Source: Candidatus Hydrogenedentota bacterium (GTDB lineage Bacteria > Hydrogenedentota > Hydrogenedentia > Hydrogenedentales > SLHB01). Taken from it: 64,000 nucleotides of DNA. The notes under the pieces were generated by a model, which had not been told where the DNA came from, ran no database searches, and saw only the letters and a program-made list of their open reading frames with translations. This document shows positions 48,208 to 57,734 of this stretch, piece by piece. A program made the position numbers and the translations under genes. The stretch covers positions 42,753 to 106,752 of the forward strand of contig BTVY01000022.1 of the NCBI GenBank assembly GCA_045863335.1. The letters are read 5' to 3'. Within the stretch, counting starts at the first letter, position 1. Every line of letters begins with the position of its first letter.

Positions 48208-48699
48208 ATGGAATCCGGTTGGGAGCAGTCCCTGAACGTCGACACGCTTGTGCTGTGTATTGTGTTCGCCTTTGCTACTTGTACCACCCTCTTTTTCGCC
48301 AAGCGAAAGTAGAATATCCGAATCGGTCTCGTCGGTCTTGCCGTTTTATTCGCGTTACTCTCCCTGTTTTGGGGCGCAAGCACGTACCAGGCCTGGAAAC
48401 TGCGGACGGGCGCATGGACGTATTTGAAGAGCGAGCTTGCCCGAATCCATGAAGGCGCAACACCGGAGGTTAGTCCATACGCGACGCAGGAACAACAGGA
48501 AGCTATTCTGGCGATCGCGCCTCGAATTGGGTATCCAGTGAAGTCCGTCACGTATATCGATTTCTTCCATGGTATCTGTGACTTTAAGGTTGAGACTCTT
48601 GAAGGCGAGACCCATTGGGTCAGGGTAAACACGTTCCCGCCCGGAGAAGGCGGGCTATTTGACCGCCCCGATTTCTCTCTACACGATATTCAGTGGTAG
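48208..48699 (+). pseudogene. Hypothetical two-TM membrane protein interrupted by an in-frame TAG
   Basis: GGAGG RBS; MESGWEQSLNVDTLVLCIVFAFATCTTLFFAKRK*NIRIGLVGLAVLFALLSLFWG...DIQW*. TAG is codon 35 (48310-48312), between two TM helices. Confidence 0.6.
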
Positions 48700-48852
48700 C
48701 CCCCATCTTTCAGATACTCCTCCACAAGCATGATTCCAGGGTAGCTACGCTCCGCTACGCAACCCTGGGCTATGAGTATGTTGGCCCCCCAGGCCATGTT
48801 GCCGGCGATCCCCGGCGGTTTTGACGACATGGGCCGCCGCCGACGCCGTAGC

Positions 48853-48922
48853 TGTAGCGTCCGGCTTCCATGCCGGACGTCTTGGGATCAGGGATCGCCC
48901 GGCGTGGAAGCCGGGCGCTACA
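48853..48922. repeat. Family A REP-like doublet
   Basis: tgtagcgtccggcttccatgccggac ... gcccggcgtggaagccgggcgctaca. Confidence 0.8.
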
Positions 48923-49181
48923 GAGCGACGCCGTGAGTGCTCGTTCTGGACGCGGCTCCAATCCGTGTCTACGGCGCTCTCACAGGATTCCCGGATGGCC
49001 GACGTGATTAGACTTCGCGCTCCCCGCGCCCGCCGTTCTTTTGAGTTAACACGCCTTTGAATGGTAAGATTCACCGCTGTTTCGGTGGCGGCCCGTCACG
49101 GGTTTCGCGCCGGTCACAGCGGGAGTTTCTCGGTGCTTCGAGACTCTCTGGACGCGTCATCAAGGGGGGAAGAGGAAAACC

Positions 49182-50261
49182 ATGGCTACATACAAGATCG
49201 CGTTGTTTCCGGGCGATGGTACCGGACCGGAAGTGCTTCGGGAAGGCATCAAGGTAGTAAGCGCCGCCGCGGAGCGGTTCGGCATCAAGCTCGAAACCCA
49301 GGAGTTCGATTTCGGCGGCGAACGCTACCTCAAGACGGGCGAGGTCCTGCCGGATTCGGCCATCGAAGAGTTCCGCCGCTTCGACGCGATCTATCTCGGC
49401 GCCATCGGCCACCCGGACGTGAAGCCGGGCATCCTCGAAAAGGGCATTCTGCTCAAGACGCGGTTCGAACTGGACCAGTACATCAACCTGCGCCCCGTAA
49501 AGCTGTACCCGAGGGTGGAGACCCCGATCAAGAACAAGGGGCCGGAGGACATCGATTTCGTGGTGGTGCGCGAGAATTCCGCGGGCCTCTACACCGGTGT
49601 CGGCGGTGTCCAGCGCAAGGGCACGCCCTACGAAGTCGCGATCCAATCCATGGTCTACACGCGCAACGAGGTGGACCGCTGCCTCAAGTACGCGTTCGAA
49701 TTGACCCAGAAACGCAACAAGGCCAAGACGCTCACCCTCTGCGGCAAAACGAACGTATTGACCTACGTCTACGACCTCTGGGAGCGGGCCTTCCACGAAA
49801 TGGGCGCGAAGGAGTTCCCGGACGTCAAGCGCGAATACGCCCACGTCGATGCGACGACCATGTGGATGGTGAAGAACCCCGAGTGGTTCGATGTCATCGT
49901 GACCGGGAACATGTTTGGCGACATCATCACCGACCTTGGCGCCATGGTGCAGGGAGGTATGGGCATCGCCGCGGGCGGCAACATCAACCCCAAGGGCGTG
50001 TCCATGTTCGAGCCCATCGGCGGGAGCGCGCCGAAGTACACGGGCATGAACGTCATCAACCCGCTCGCCTGCATCTTCGCCGGTCAGATGCTGCTCGATC
50101 ATCTGGGCGAAGCGGAAGCCGCGGCCTGCGTGGAGAAGGCCTGCGTGGCGTTCCTCGAATCCGGCCAACTGCCGGGCCTGTCCGCCAAGGAGATCAAGGA
50201 AGGCGGCATGTCGACCACGAAGATCGGCGACGCGATAGCCGAACTGACGACAACTGTATAA
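49182..50261 (+). CDS. Isocitrate/isopropylmalate dehydrogenase-family enzyme (LeuB type 2-like, GGSAPKY variant)
   Basis: PGDGTGPEV, LDQYINLRP, VREN, KTNV, NMFGDIITDLG and EPIGGSAPKYTG motifs. Confidence 0.85.
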   Translation: MATYKIALFPGDGTGPEVLREGIKVVSAAAERFGIKLETQEFDFGGERYLKTGEVLPDSAIEEFRRFDAIYLGAIGHPDVKPGILEKGILLKTRFELDQYINLRPVKLYPRVETPIKNKGPEDIDFVVVRENSAGLYTGVGGVQRKGTPYEVAIQSMVYTRNEVDRCLKYAFELTQKRNKAKTLTLCGKTNVLTYVYDLWERAFHEMGAKEFPDVKREYAHVDATTMWMVKNPEWFDVIVTGNMFGDIITDLGAMVQGGMGIAAGGNINPKGVSMFEPIGGSAPKYTGMNVINPLACIFAGQMLLDHLGEAEAAACVEKACVAFLESGQLPGLSAKEIKEGGMSTTKIGDAIAELTTTV

Positions 50262-50275
50262 AGCGCCTTGCGCTG

Positions 50276-50765
50276 AAATTCGAAATCCGAAGCTCGAAAT
50301 TCGAAACAAGCACGAATGACCGAAATTCTAATGACCGAAACATTGCTTAGCGCGACGATCTCGTTCACCAAATCGAACTAAAAAGCTTGCAAACAAGCCA
50401 TAGACGCGAGACTCGTCGGAATGATGACGTGCCGTTCGCCGTATCATCCCCGAATGGGCGTGAGTCGTGTTGGCTTGGAATAGCCGCACGCTGGTGTCCG
50501 TACTAGCCCCGCAAGGGGCAACTCGTGTCAGCTCGGAATGGCTACACGCAGCGCTCCGCAATAGCCCCGGAGGGGCGAAGGGTTGTAGCCCAGGCTGGAG
50601 CGAGGCACGAGCGGAAGCCTGGGTCCCGAGGACTCCCTCGTCTTCAAGCCCTGTAAGGGCGGAAGAAGCTGATTCGTGCCCCGGCACCTGGTGAACGGCT
50701 TTTTGAATTTGGAACATTAGGATTTGATTCGAATTTCGAATTTCGAATTTCGTGCTTCGTATTTT
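50276..50765. repeat. Composite intergenic element: family D inverted arms enclosing a family E copy
   Basis: Arm 50276-50342 (aaattcgaaatccgaagctcgaaattcgaaac...), inverted arm 50700-50765, and family E at 50563-50666. Confidence 0.75.
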
Positions 50766-50827
50766 CGCATTCTGCAACGGGTGGATGTTTTCGGACGTCC
50801 GCCCGTATGACTTGTAAAGGAGTTGGC

Positions 50828-51931
50828 ATGTCGAAAACATTCGTTATCGCAGTACTCGAAGGCGACGGTATCGGTCCCGAGATCACGGCCGAAGCCGTCA
50901 AAGTCCTCCGCGCCGTTGAAGCGTCGACCGATGCGACGTTCGATCTGGTCCATGCGCCCTTCGGCGCCCAGGCCTACTTCGACCACGGACATTCCTTTCC
51001 CGAGGCCGCGATGGAGGCCTGCGACCGTGCCGACGCCATCCTCAAAGGGCCCATCGGGTTGGGACACGAGGAATCGAAACGGATTCCGGTTGAGGAGCGC
51101 CCGGAACGCGGCGCCTTGTTGCCGCTCCGCAAACGGTACAACACTTTCGCCAACTTCCGCCCCGTCTATCTCCCGCCGGAGTTGGCCTTCTTTTCGCCGT
51201 TGCGTCCGGAAGTCGTGGGCGACGGAATCGACATCATGATGATCCGGGAACTCGTCGGCGGCCTCTACTTCGGAAAGAAGGAAGAAGGGACCGATGCGAA
51301 AGGCCTGCGTTACGTTAAAGAAACGCTCGAATACGATGAAAACGAGATCCGTCAGATTCTGACCGTGGCCTTCGAAGAAGCCCGTAAGCGCAAGAAGGTG
51401 CTTCACAACGTGCACAAGAGCAATGTGCTTATGTCCAGCGTGCTGTGGAACGTCATCGGCGACGAGGTGGCCCGGCAGTATCCCGACGTGGAAGTGAAAC
51501 ACGTCATCGTGGACGCCGCCGCGACGGCGCTGGTCTTGAACCCGCGCCAGTTCGACGTGATGGTCATGGAAAACATGTTCGGCGACATCCTCAGTGATCT
51601 CGGCGGCGGCCTGTTGGGTTCGCTGGGCTTGATGCCGTCCGCGTGCATCGGTTCCGACAAGGCCTACTACGAACCCTCCCATGGCTCCGCGCCGGACATC
51701 GCAGGCAAAGGCATTGCGAATCCCTATTCCATGATCGGGTCCGTCGCGCTCATGCTGGAGAAAAGCTTCGGCATGGAGAAGGAAGGCAAACGGGTCATGG
51801 ACGCGATGCGCGACGTCTTCGCCGCGGGCTACACCACGGCCGACCTGAAAGACCCCAAAGGCACGCACCAACCCATCAGCACCAGCGACTTCGGCGACCG
51901 GGTCGTCAAGGCCTTGACGCAAGGGTCTTGA
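50828..51931 (+). CDS. leuB: 3-isopropylmalate dehydrogenase
   Basis: GDGIGPEI, RPERGALLPLRK..FANFRP, RELVGGLYFG, NMFGDILSD and YEPSHGSAPDIAGKGIANP motifs. Confidence 0.92.
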   Translation: MSKTFVIAVLEGDGIGPEITAEAVKVLRAVEASTDATFDLVHAPFGAQAYFDHGHSFPEAAMEACDRADAILKGPIGLGHEESKRIPVEERPERGALLPLRKRYNTFANFRPVYLPPELAFFSPLRPEVVGDGIDIMMIRELVGGLYFGKKEEGTDAKGLRYVKETLEYDENEIRQILTVAFEEARKRKKVLHNVHKSNVLMSSVLWNVIGDEVARQYPDVEVKHVIVDAAATALVLNPRQFDVMVMENMFGDILSDLGGGLLGSLGLMPSACIGSDKAYYEPSHGSAPDIAGKGIANPYSMIGSVALMLEKSFGMEKEGKRVMDAMRDVFAAGYTTADLKDPKGTHQPISTSDFGDRVVKALTQGS

Positions 51932-52357
51932 TATGAGGATTGGTTGTCCACCGATTGCACCGATTCCGCCGATGGAATTACGTGCTGAGATGAACGCGAC
52001 AGTCATCACGTGTATCTGCGGGCCGCACCTACGAATCGCGACTGGTGTTTTATGAGCCCCGGCCAAGGCGATCCGCTCGACTCAGTCGTCCACCACTTGC
52101 CGCAACTACGAATCGCGGTTGGTTCTAACGAGCCCCGTACGGGGCGACCGACTGTTGCCCAGGGTGGAGCGAAGCGGAACCCTGGGTCAGCAGCTCCCGT
52201 TGTTCAACAAGCCCTGCAAGGGCGAAAGATACGGTTGTTGACGCACCAGGCTTCACACGCAGTGTTGATGAGCTTTGACAGATATTTTTGAATCGGCTCT
52301 AATCTGTGTAACCTGTGAACATTCAGTCCGCGTTTGTTTTACACAGTGAGGTGCCTT

Positions 52358-53407
52358 ATGAAGCGTATGTTTCATGGTTGTCTACTCTCCATTCTCGCGC
52401 TAGCGGCGTGGGGACAGGACGCTTCGCCCAAGGCGGAGATCGATTGGCTGGACAAAGCCTACAGCGATGGGCGGCACAACGCGTTCACCGATCTCATTCG
52501 CTGGAAGGACCACTACTACCTTTGCTTTCGACATGGCGAAAGCCATGGTTCGCTGGACGGCGAAATCCGAGTCATGCGCAGCGCCGACATGCGGACCTGG
52601 GAACCCTGCGGCACGCTCGACACGGCCGGCGACGATCGCGACCCGCATTTCACCGCCACGGACGACGCGCTCCACGTCTACTTCGGCACCTGGGACCTTC
52701 GCCACATGGACGGCAACGCATTGCCGGACCGGCGCAGCGTGCGGTCCTACTTCGCCTCCAGCACCGATGGTACGAGCTGGTCGAAGGTCCAGGGCATTTA
52801 CGAACCGGACTGGTGGGTGTGGCGCGTGCGCTATCTCGACGGCACGTTCTACGGGATTGCGTATACCGCGTATCGTCCCAAGCCCGACGAGCGCGAGATG
52901 CGGCTTGTTGTCTCCGGCGACGGCCTGAACTGGACCTTGAAAAGCGAGATCGCCAACCGCCGCCAACCCAGCGAATCCGATGTGACGCTATTGGAAGACG
53001 GCTCGCTCTTCGTCGTCACGCGCATGCAGGACGAAATCAACGAAGGCTTCATCTGGCGCAGCAATCCCGATCACACGGAATGGACCGGCGAGACGGTTGG
53101 CGACATCGTCCATTCCCCGGCTTTGACACGATGGAACGATCGCTTTTTCATCGCAGGCCGCAGCCGCAACGCGGAGCGCGCATGGGTCACGCGCGTGTGG
53201 GAGTTGGTCGACGGCAAGGCGGTCGAACTGATCACCCTGCCCAGCGGCGGAGATACTTCATATCCCGGCTTGATAGTCGACCCGGCAACGTTGGACGCGG
53301 ATCAACCGGCCCTCTTCGTCTCCTGGTACTCCCAACACGAAGAAGATAGGGAGACCAACAAAAACGCCGCATCGATCTACACCGCGCGGTTAAGGGTGGT
53401 TGAATAA
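52358..53407 (+). CDS. Secreted sialidase-like / BNR beta-propeller protein
   Basis: Signal peptide; HNAFTDL, YLCFRHG, Asp-boxes (SADMRTW, STDGTSW, SGDGLNW), DDRDP and LPSGGDTSYPG motifs. Confidence 0.75.
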   Translation: MKRMFHGCLLSILALAAWGQDASPKAEIDWLDKAYSDGRHNAFTDLIRWKDHYYLCFRHGESHGSLDGEIRVMRSADMRTWEPCGTLDTAGDDRDPHFTATDDALHVYFGTWDLRHMDGNALPDRRSVRSYFASSTDGTSWSKVQGIYEPDWWVWRVRYLDGTFYGIAYTAYRPKPDEREMRLVVSGDGLNWTLKSEIANRRQPSESDVTLLEDGSLFVVTRMQDEINEGFIWRSNPDHTEWTGETVGDIVHSPALTRWNDRFFIAGRSRNAERAWVTRVWELVDGKAVELITLPSGGDTSYPGLIVDPATLDADQPALFVSWYSQHEEDRETNKNAASIYTARLRVVE

Positions 53408-53408
53408 G

Positions 53409-53569
53409 AACATCCCCCTTGATCCCTCTTCAAAGGGGGAATTGGCGCGATCCTCGTATTTCCGACACTTGCCGCCTTCCCTTCACGAGAGCGATAGACC
53501 AAGTCATCTTGAGGGCAACGCGAAGCGTTGCAGGAATTCCCCCTTCGAAGGGGGATCAAGGGGGATGTT
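53409..53569. repeat. Inverted pair of family B palindromes between convergent genes
   Basis: aacatcccccttgatccctcttcaaagggggaatt ... aattcccccttcgaagggggatcaagggggatgtt. Confidence 0.8.
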
Positions 53570-53591
53570 TCTTGCTCGCGATCCGTTGCGT

Positions 53592-56582
53592 TTATCGCTC
53601 CAGCCGCGCGTTGCCCCACGTGGCTAGATCGTCGTAGTTGGAATCGCCCGCGTTGGTGGCCTTCAGCGTCAATAACTTCACACCCGCGACCGGTACCTCG
53701 ATCGACAGCGGGGGATCGCCTTCCTTGCGCACCGGCGATTGATGCAATACCGTGCCGTCGCCTTCCACGACGAAGGTACAACTGCCCAGAACGGCCGGAT
53801 CGGACTTGCGTTCCGCGGGGACGCCGTGCAGACCGACCTCCGCTTTGAATGTCGCGAAGGCACCGTCGATATCGAACACCACGTGCGCCGGCGCGTGGAC
53901 GCCAATTCCGCGGCTGTACGTCGTCGCGCCAATCCGCAGGGCCGGATCTTCCGGCCAGCACGACTGATCCCAACCGAGTTGGAAGAATCCAACCTTGGAA
54001 TCGACACACCGGTTCCGTAAATCCGCGACGCCCAGCGTGTCGCCCTCCGGCAATGGGGGCAACGGCATGTCGAACGACTGCACGGGAAGCAGCGTGACGA
54101 TACGGCGATCGCTGTCCGCGTCGAACACGGGATAAAAATCGCCCTGGGGCGCGGGGATCGATTTTGCGTTGTCTGCGAGCAGCGCGTACTCTGCGCGAAG
54201 CCATGCGCCGATCTGGCCCGCGCCTCTTCCGGGCACGGTGATGTGGAGTTCATGCGCGCCCGTGGGAACATCGATCAAGGCCCACGCATCCTGGCGGCTT
54301 CCGCGCCGCCGTTCGTGAAACGCCACCGTCGACTCCACGCCGTCAATCGAAACGGCCGGCGACTGGATCTCGCCGTGCGCCGGCAGCAGCATTAGTTGTA
54401 CCTGCGCCGACGCGCATGCCTCCGGCACGTCCACGGTGCCGTGCAAGATGATGCCGTCCGCGCCGGCATCCTGAAACAGTCGTCCCGCGGGTAGTTCGTC
54501 CATGCGTTCCGTCTCGCAGACGCGCGTTACGCCGTCCTCGTCCGTGGCCCAGCGCAGGCCCTCCGGCGCATCGGCGAATTGACGCGACTTCGCGCGTACT
54601 TCCAGCAACACCACGTCGTAGTCGCGCAAGGGAATCGACACCGTCGCGCCGAAGTCGACCTGTCCGAGGCTTTCGCGATAGGGATACACGATCGTTGCGT
54701 ACAGCGGTTCAGTGACGAGGCCGAGGTCGAGATGCTCATCGATCGCCAACTCGAAGGTGCGCGGTTCGATCCACGGATTGCGCAACGCGACCAGGCTGCG
54801 GCCCCGTTCGTCGCCGTGGCTGTACCCGTAGGGCTGCCGCTGCGACGGTTCGCCGCCGAGCAACTGAAAATTGCGATACAAGATCGCGTTGCGCTTCGTC
54901 CAGTTCGCCACGTCCCCGAGGAACTGCAATCCTCCCGGCGAATCCTCCAGCACGCCGAGGTCGCTGCAGATGATGTGATTTGCCACCGCGCCGCGGCCCG
55001 CGAGGGCGAGTGTGTATTCGTCTTCCCAGCGCGCGGCCATGGATTCGCCGGTGACGACCACGCCGTCGATGAGGTGGTCGGCCCGTACCTGCGTGCCGTA
55101 CAGGTCCTCCGCCCAGAGCGGGAACTGCCGCCGCAGGCGCCGGTGTTCTTCGAAGACCTGAATGTCACGCACGGTGATTAACTCGTCGCGCAGCCACGGC
55201 GACGGAATGTCGCAACCCAGTGTGTCGCCCGCGACCGAATGAACACCGTCGAGTTGCTTGAGCCACCAGGGGCTGGCCCACTCGTTGCATACGAAGAGGT
55301 CCAGCACGATGCCGGGATTGATGCGGCGCAGCGATTCAAAGATGGCCATCTTGTTCTCGACGATCCGCTCCGTCGCATAGACGCCCTTCTCGTTGCCGAC
55401 TCCGACCAAATGGCCGTGGCCGGGTTCGTTGCATCCGAATCCCTGGCCCCAGTACATGCCGTCGAAATTGATCGCGTTCATGTTATAGGTGCGCACAATG
55501 TCTTCGAGGCGCGACCGGATCGCCTGGTAGTAGACTGGTCCGGCGAGGCAGTAGCTCGCGTCGTGCTGCAGTTCATACCCCTGCGTGCGGCCCCATTCGT
55601 GCGTGGGCGTGTCGAAGATGGGGGAGAAGCTCGTCCAGAACCCCAGCGGCGTATCGAGCCCTTGCAAGGCCTCGCGCGTCTGGTCCCAGATGTCTTCTTC
55701 GTTCGGCACGAAGAGGGCGTCGGGACGGTACATGTCGAACCCCGCGTCGTAGGTCCACCCGTCGAAGGTGAACCCCGTCAGTTCACGGAGTTTGCGCGCG
55801 TACTCTACCATGGCGATGCCTTGTTCCGTGCGGTTCGGCGGCTTGATGACGCGAAACCCGTTCCAGTAGATGTTCGCGCGCGGCGGATTGGGGATGGGCG
55901 TCAGCGTGGTCACATATTCCAGGAAGGCTTCGCGCACGCGATGGGGCTGCGCCACGCCCAGCACGGCGCGCTTCGTCGTATACGAACCGCCCGGCTCCAA
56001 TTCGACGCCCGGGTGGTGCCGCAGAAAGATGATGCCATCGCGCGTGGCCGCGGACCGCGTCGCCGGAAATTCCACTCCGAACCACAGCGACTGTGTGTAA
56101 ACCGGTTGTCCCCAGTCGGCGATGGATGGAAACTCCGGGTTCACCGAGTAGCTCACGGCTTCGTCCATCACCGTGAGGTGTTCCAATTCAACCGTGCGCA
56201 ATAGGAAGGGCGTATCGCCGAAATTGGTGAAGACGATCTGCTTGTACAACCACGGCGAGAGCCGTCGCGGGGCGGTATAGTCGATGTCTGCCTGGATGCC
56301 GAGTCCCGCGTTGACCAGCGTGGCGCGCACACCCGATGCGGTTTCCTTCACGGCGACGACTCCGAACGCGTCGCTCGTGACACGCTCACCGTCGCCGTAA
56401 GTGATGACGAATTCCGGCCCCGCAATCCGTAGGGTTTCGCCCGTGAAGCCATTGCGTATCGCACCCGTGTGGAGACGTCCGTCGTCAATCTCGAGAATCC
56501 GGCTGACCTGATCGCCCGGCACCGAAATCGTGCTCGCCCCCCAAGCCGCCGCCATCATCAGCAGAGACAATCCATACGTCAT
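53592..56582 (-). CDS. Secreted glycoside hydrolase-like protein (clan GH-D-like TIM barrel) with C-terminal NPCBM/NEW2 (CBM51) domain
   Basis: GQPVY...W.GVEFP, YDAG, GFWTS and AINFDG motifs; C-terminal RGIGVHAP..VVFDIDG..F.AEVG...F.VEGDG...GVKLLTL...D..W.NARL is an NPCBM signature. Confidence 0.7.
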   Translation of the reverse strand: MTYGLSLLMMAAAWGASTISVPGDQVSRILEIDDGRLHTGAIRNGFTGETLRIAGPEFVITYGDGERVTSDAFGVVAVKETASGVRATLVNAGLGIQADIDYTAPRRLSPWLYKQIVFTNFGDTPFLLRTVELEHLTVMDEAVSYSVNPEFPSIADWGQPVYTQSLWFGVEFPATRSAATRDGIIFLRHHPGVELEPGGSYTTKRAVLGVAQPHRVREAFLEYVTTLTPIPNPPRANIYWNGFRVIKPPNRTEQGIAMVEYARKLRELTGFTFDGWTYDAGFDMYRPDALFVPNEEDIWDQTREALQGLDTPLGFWTSFSPIFDTPTHEWGRTQGYELQHDASYCLAGPVYYQAIRSRLEDIVRTYNMNAINFDGMYWGQGFGCNEPGHGHLVGVGNEKGVYATERIVENKMAIFESLRRINPGIVLDLFVCNEWASPWWLKQLDGVHSVAGDTLGCDIPSPWLRDELITVRDIQVFEEHRRLRRQFPLWAEDLYGTQVRADHLIDGVVVTGESMAARWEDEYTLALAGRGAVANHIICSDLGVLEDSPGGLQFLGDVANWTKRNAILYRNFQLLGGEPSQRQPYGYSHGDERGRSLVALRNPWIEPRTFELAIDEHLDLGLVTEPLYATIVYPYRESLGQVDFGATVSIPLRDYDVVLLEVRAKSRQFADAPEGLRWATDEDGVTRVCETERMDELPAGRLFQDAGADGIILHGTVDVPEACASAQVQLMLLPAHGEIQSPAVSIDGVESTVAFHERRRGSRQDAWALIDVPTGAHELHITVPGRGAGQIGAWLRAEYALLADNAKSIPAPQGDFYPVFDADSDRRIVTLLPVQSFDMPLPPLPEGDTLGVADLRNRCVDSKVGFFQLGWDQSCWPEDPALRIGATTYSRGIGVHAPAHVVFDIDGAFATFKAEVGLHGVPAERKSDPAVLGSCTFVVEGDGTVLHQSPVRKEGDPPLSIEVPVAGVKLLTLKATNAGDSNYDDLATWGNARLER

Positions 56583-56691
56583 GATTCTTCCTCTCCTGTA
56601 CGACCCGCAAGCCGCGCCAAGGTGTCGCGACTGTGCCCACAGCGATTGTACTCAAGAGGAACGCCGGACTCCACGCGAAGTATGGAGGGCG

Positions 56692-57116
56692 CAAAATCCG
56701 AAATTCGAATTTCGAAATCCGAAACAAATCCCAATGTTCCAAATCCGAAGAACCAAAACGCCACAATACGGTTCTTAAGAACAGGCTCCTGCAAGGTCGT
56801 TCTGTATCAATGGCGGTAGTTTGGTAGTGTCAGAATCGAATTCGAGATCGGGATTGGAACTAGCAGCGCCTCGCGCTTTCCAATTCGATCCCGATCCCGA
56901 TAGCGATAGCGATTTTGATCCCGAAGAAATCATGGCGGCTATCAATCAACTGTTCTTCGAACAACCTCTCGATAGAGGCTCCAACCCTTACACGAGGATG
57001 AGTGCCCACGGCAGCCTCGAAGGGGCGGAAGGTTGTAGCCCAGGGTGAAGCGAGGCACGAGCGGAACCCTGGGTCAATGTGTCTTCCCATCGATCAAGCC
57101 CTGGATAGGGCGGAAG
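56692..57116. repeat. Stack of three repeat families (D 56692-56760, C 56834-56924, E 57013-57116)
   Basis: Direct sequence similarity to the other copies listed. Confidence 0.75.
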
Positions 57117-57188
57117 AAGAGATTCTACAGTGCATGACTAGCGACCACATGAGCATGCGACGCTCCGTGTGCGTTTCTCAAAACGGCG

Positions 57189-57734
57189 TCACATAGAGAA
57201 GATGCCCAATGCCATCATCAGCACGCCGACCAGATTGATCAGGGCCAGATACAGCACGGTGAATCCGTAGGCCTTCCACATGCTTTCCTGCGCGTAGTGC
57301 GCGAAACAGTAGGCCAGGAACAAACCCGTCGCGAACGCGCAGGGGAACGCGGCCAGCGGCGTCAAGAGAACCATGATGAACGCCGACAATCCGATGTACC
57401 ACCAGGGACGCGCCCGGCGGGGTCGCCGCGCAAAGGGGAGATAGGGGAGCACGCATTCGATCGCGACGACAATGAACGGCATCACGATCACTCCACCGAT
57501 GAACTGCTGTGTGGCGGACACGTTCATTGCGCCCTTCAGGAGTTCCGGTTCGGCGGCGCCGTAGAACAGAATCGCCAAACCGTATTGAAGGGGCGACAAT
57601 AGCATCACGATCGGCCACCGCAGGAGCCAGAGGATCACAAAAAATGGCCAATCCCGCAGCGTGTCGAGCCGGTCTATCACTCGTAGATGCCGATTCCCTT
57701 CGTTCATGTCGTCCATCGCGAATTCCTGTGTCAT
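57189..57734 (-). CDS. Hypothetical multi-pass membrane protein
   Basis: About 5 hydrophobic segments. ATG overlaps the blaR1-like stop, GGAGG RBS. Faint CPBP/Abi-like layout without the catalytic EE motif. Confidence 0.7.
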   Translation of the reverse strand: MTQEFAMDDMNEGNRHLRVIDRLDTLRDWPFFVILWLLRWPIVMLLSPLQYGLAILFYGAAEPELLKGAMNVSATQQFIGGVIVMPFIVVAIECVLPYLPFARRPRRARPWWYIGLSAFIMVLLTPLAAFPCAFATGLFLAYCFAHYAQESMWKAYGFTVLYLALINLVGVLMMALGIFSM

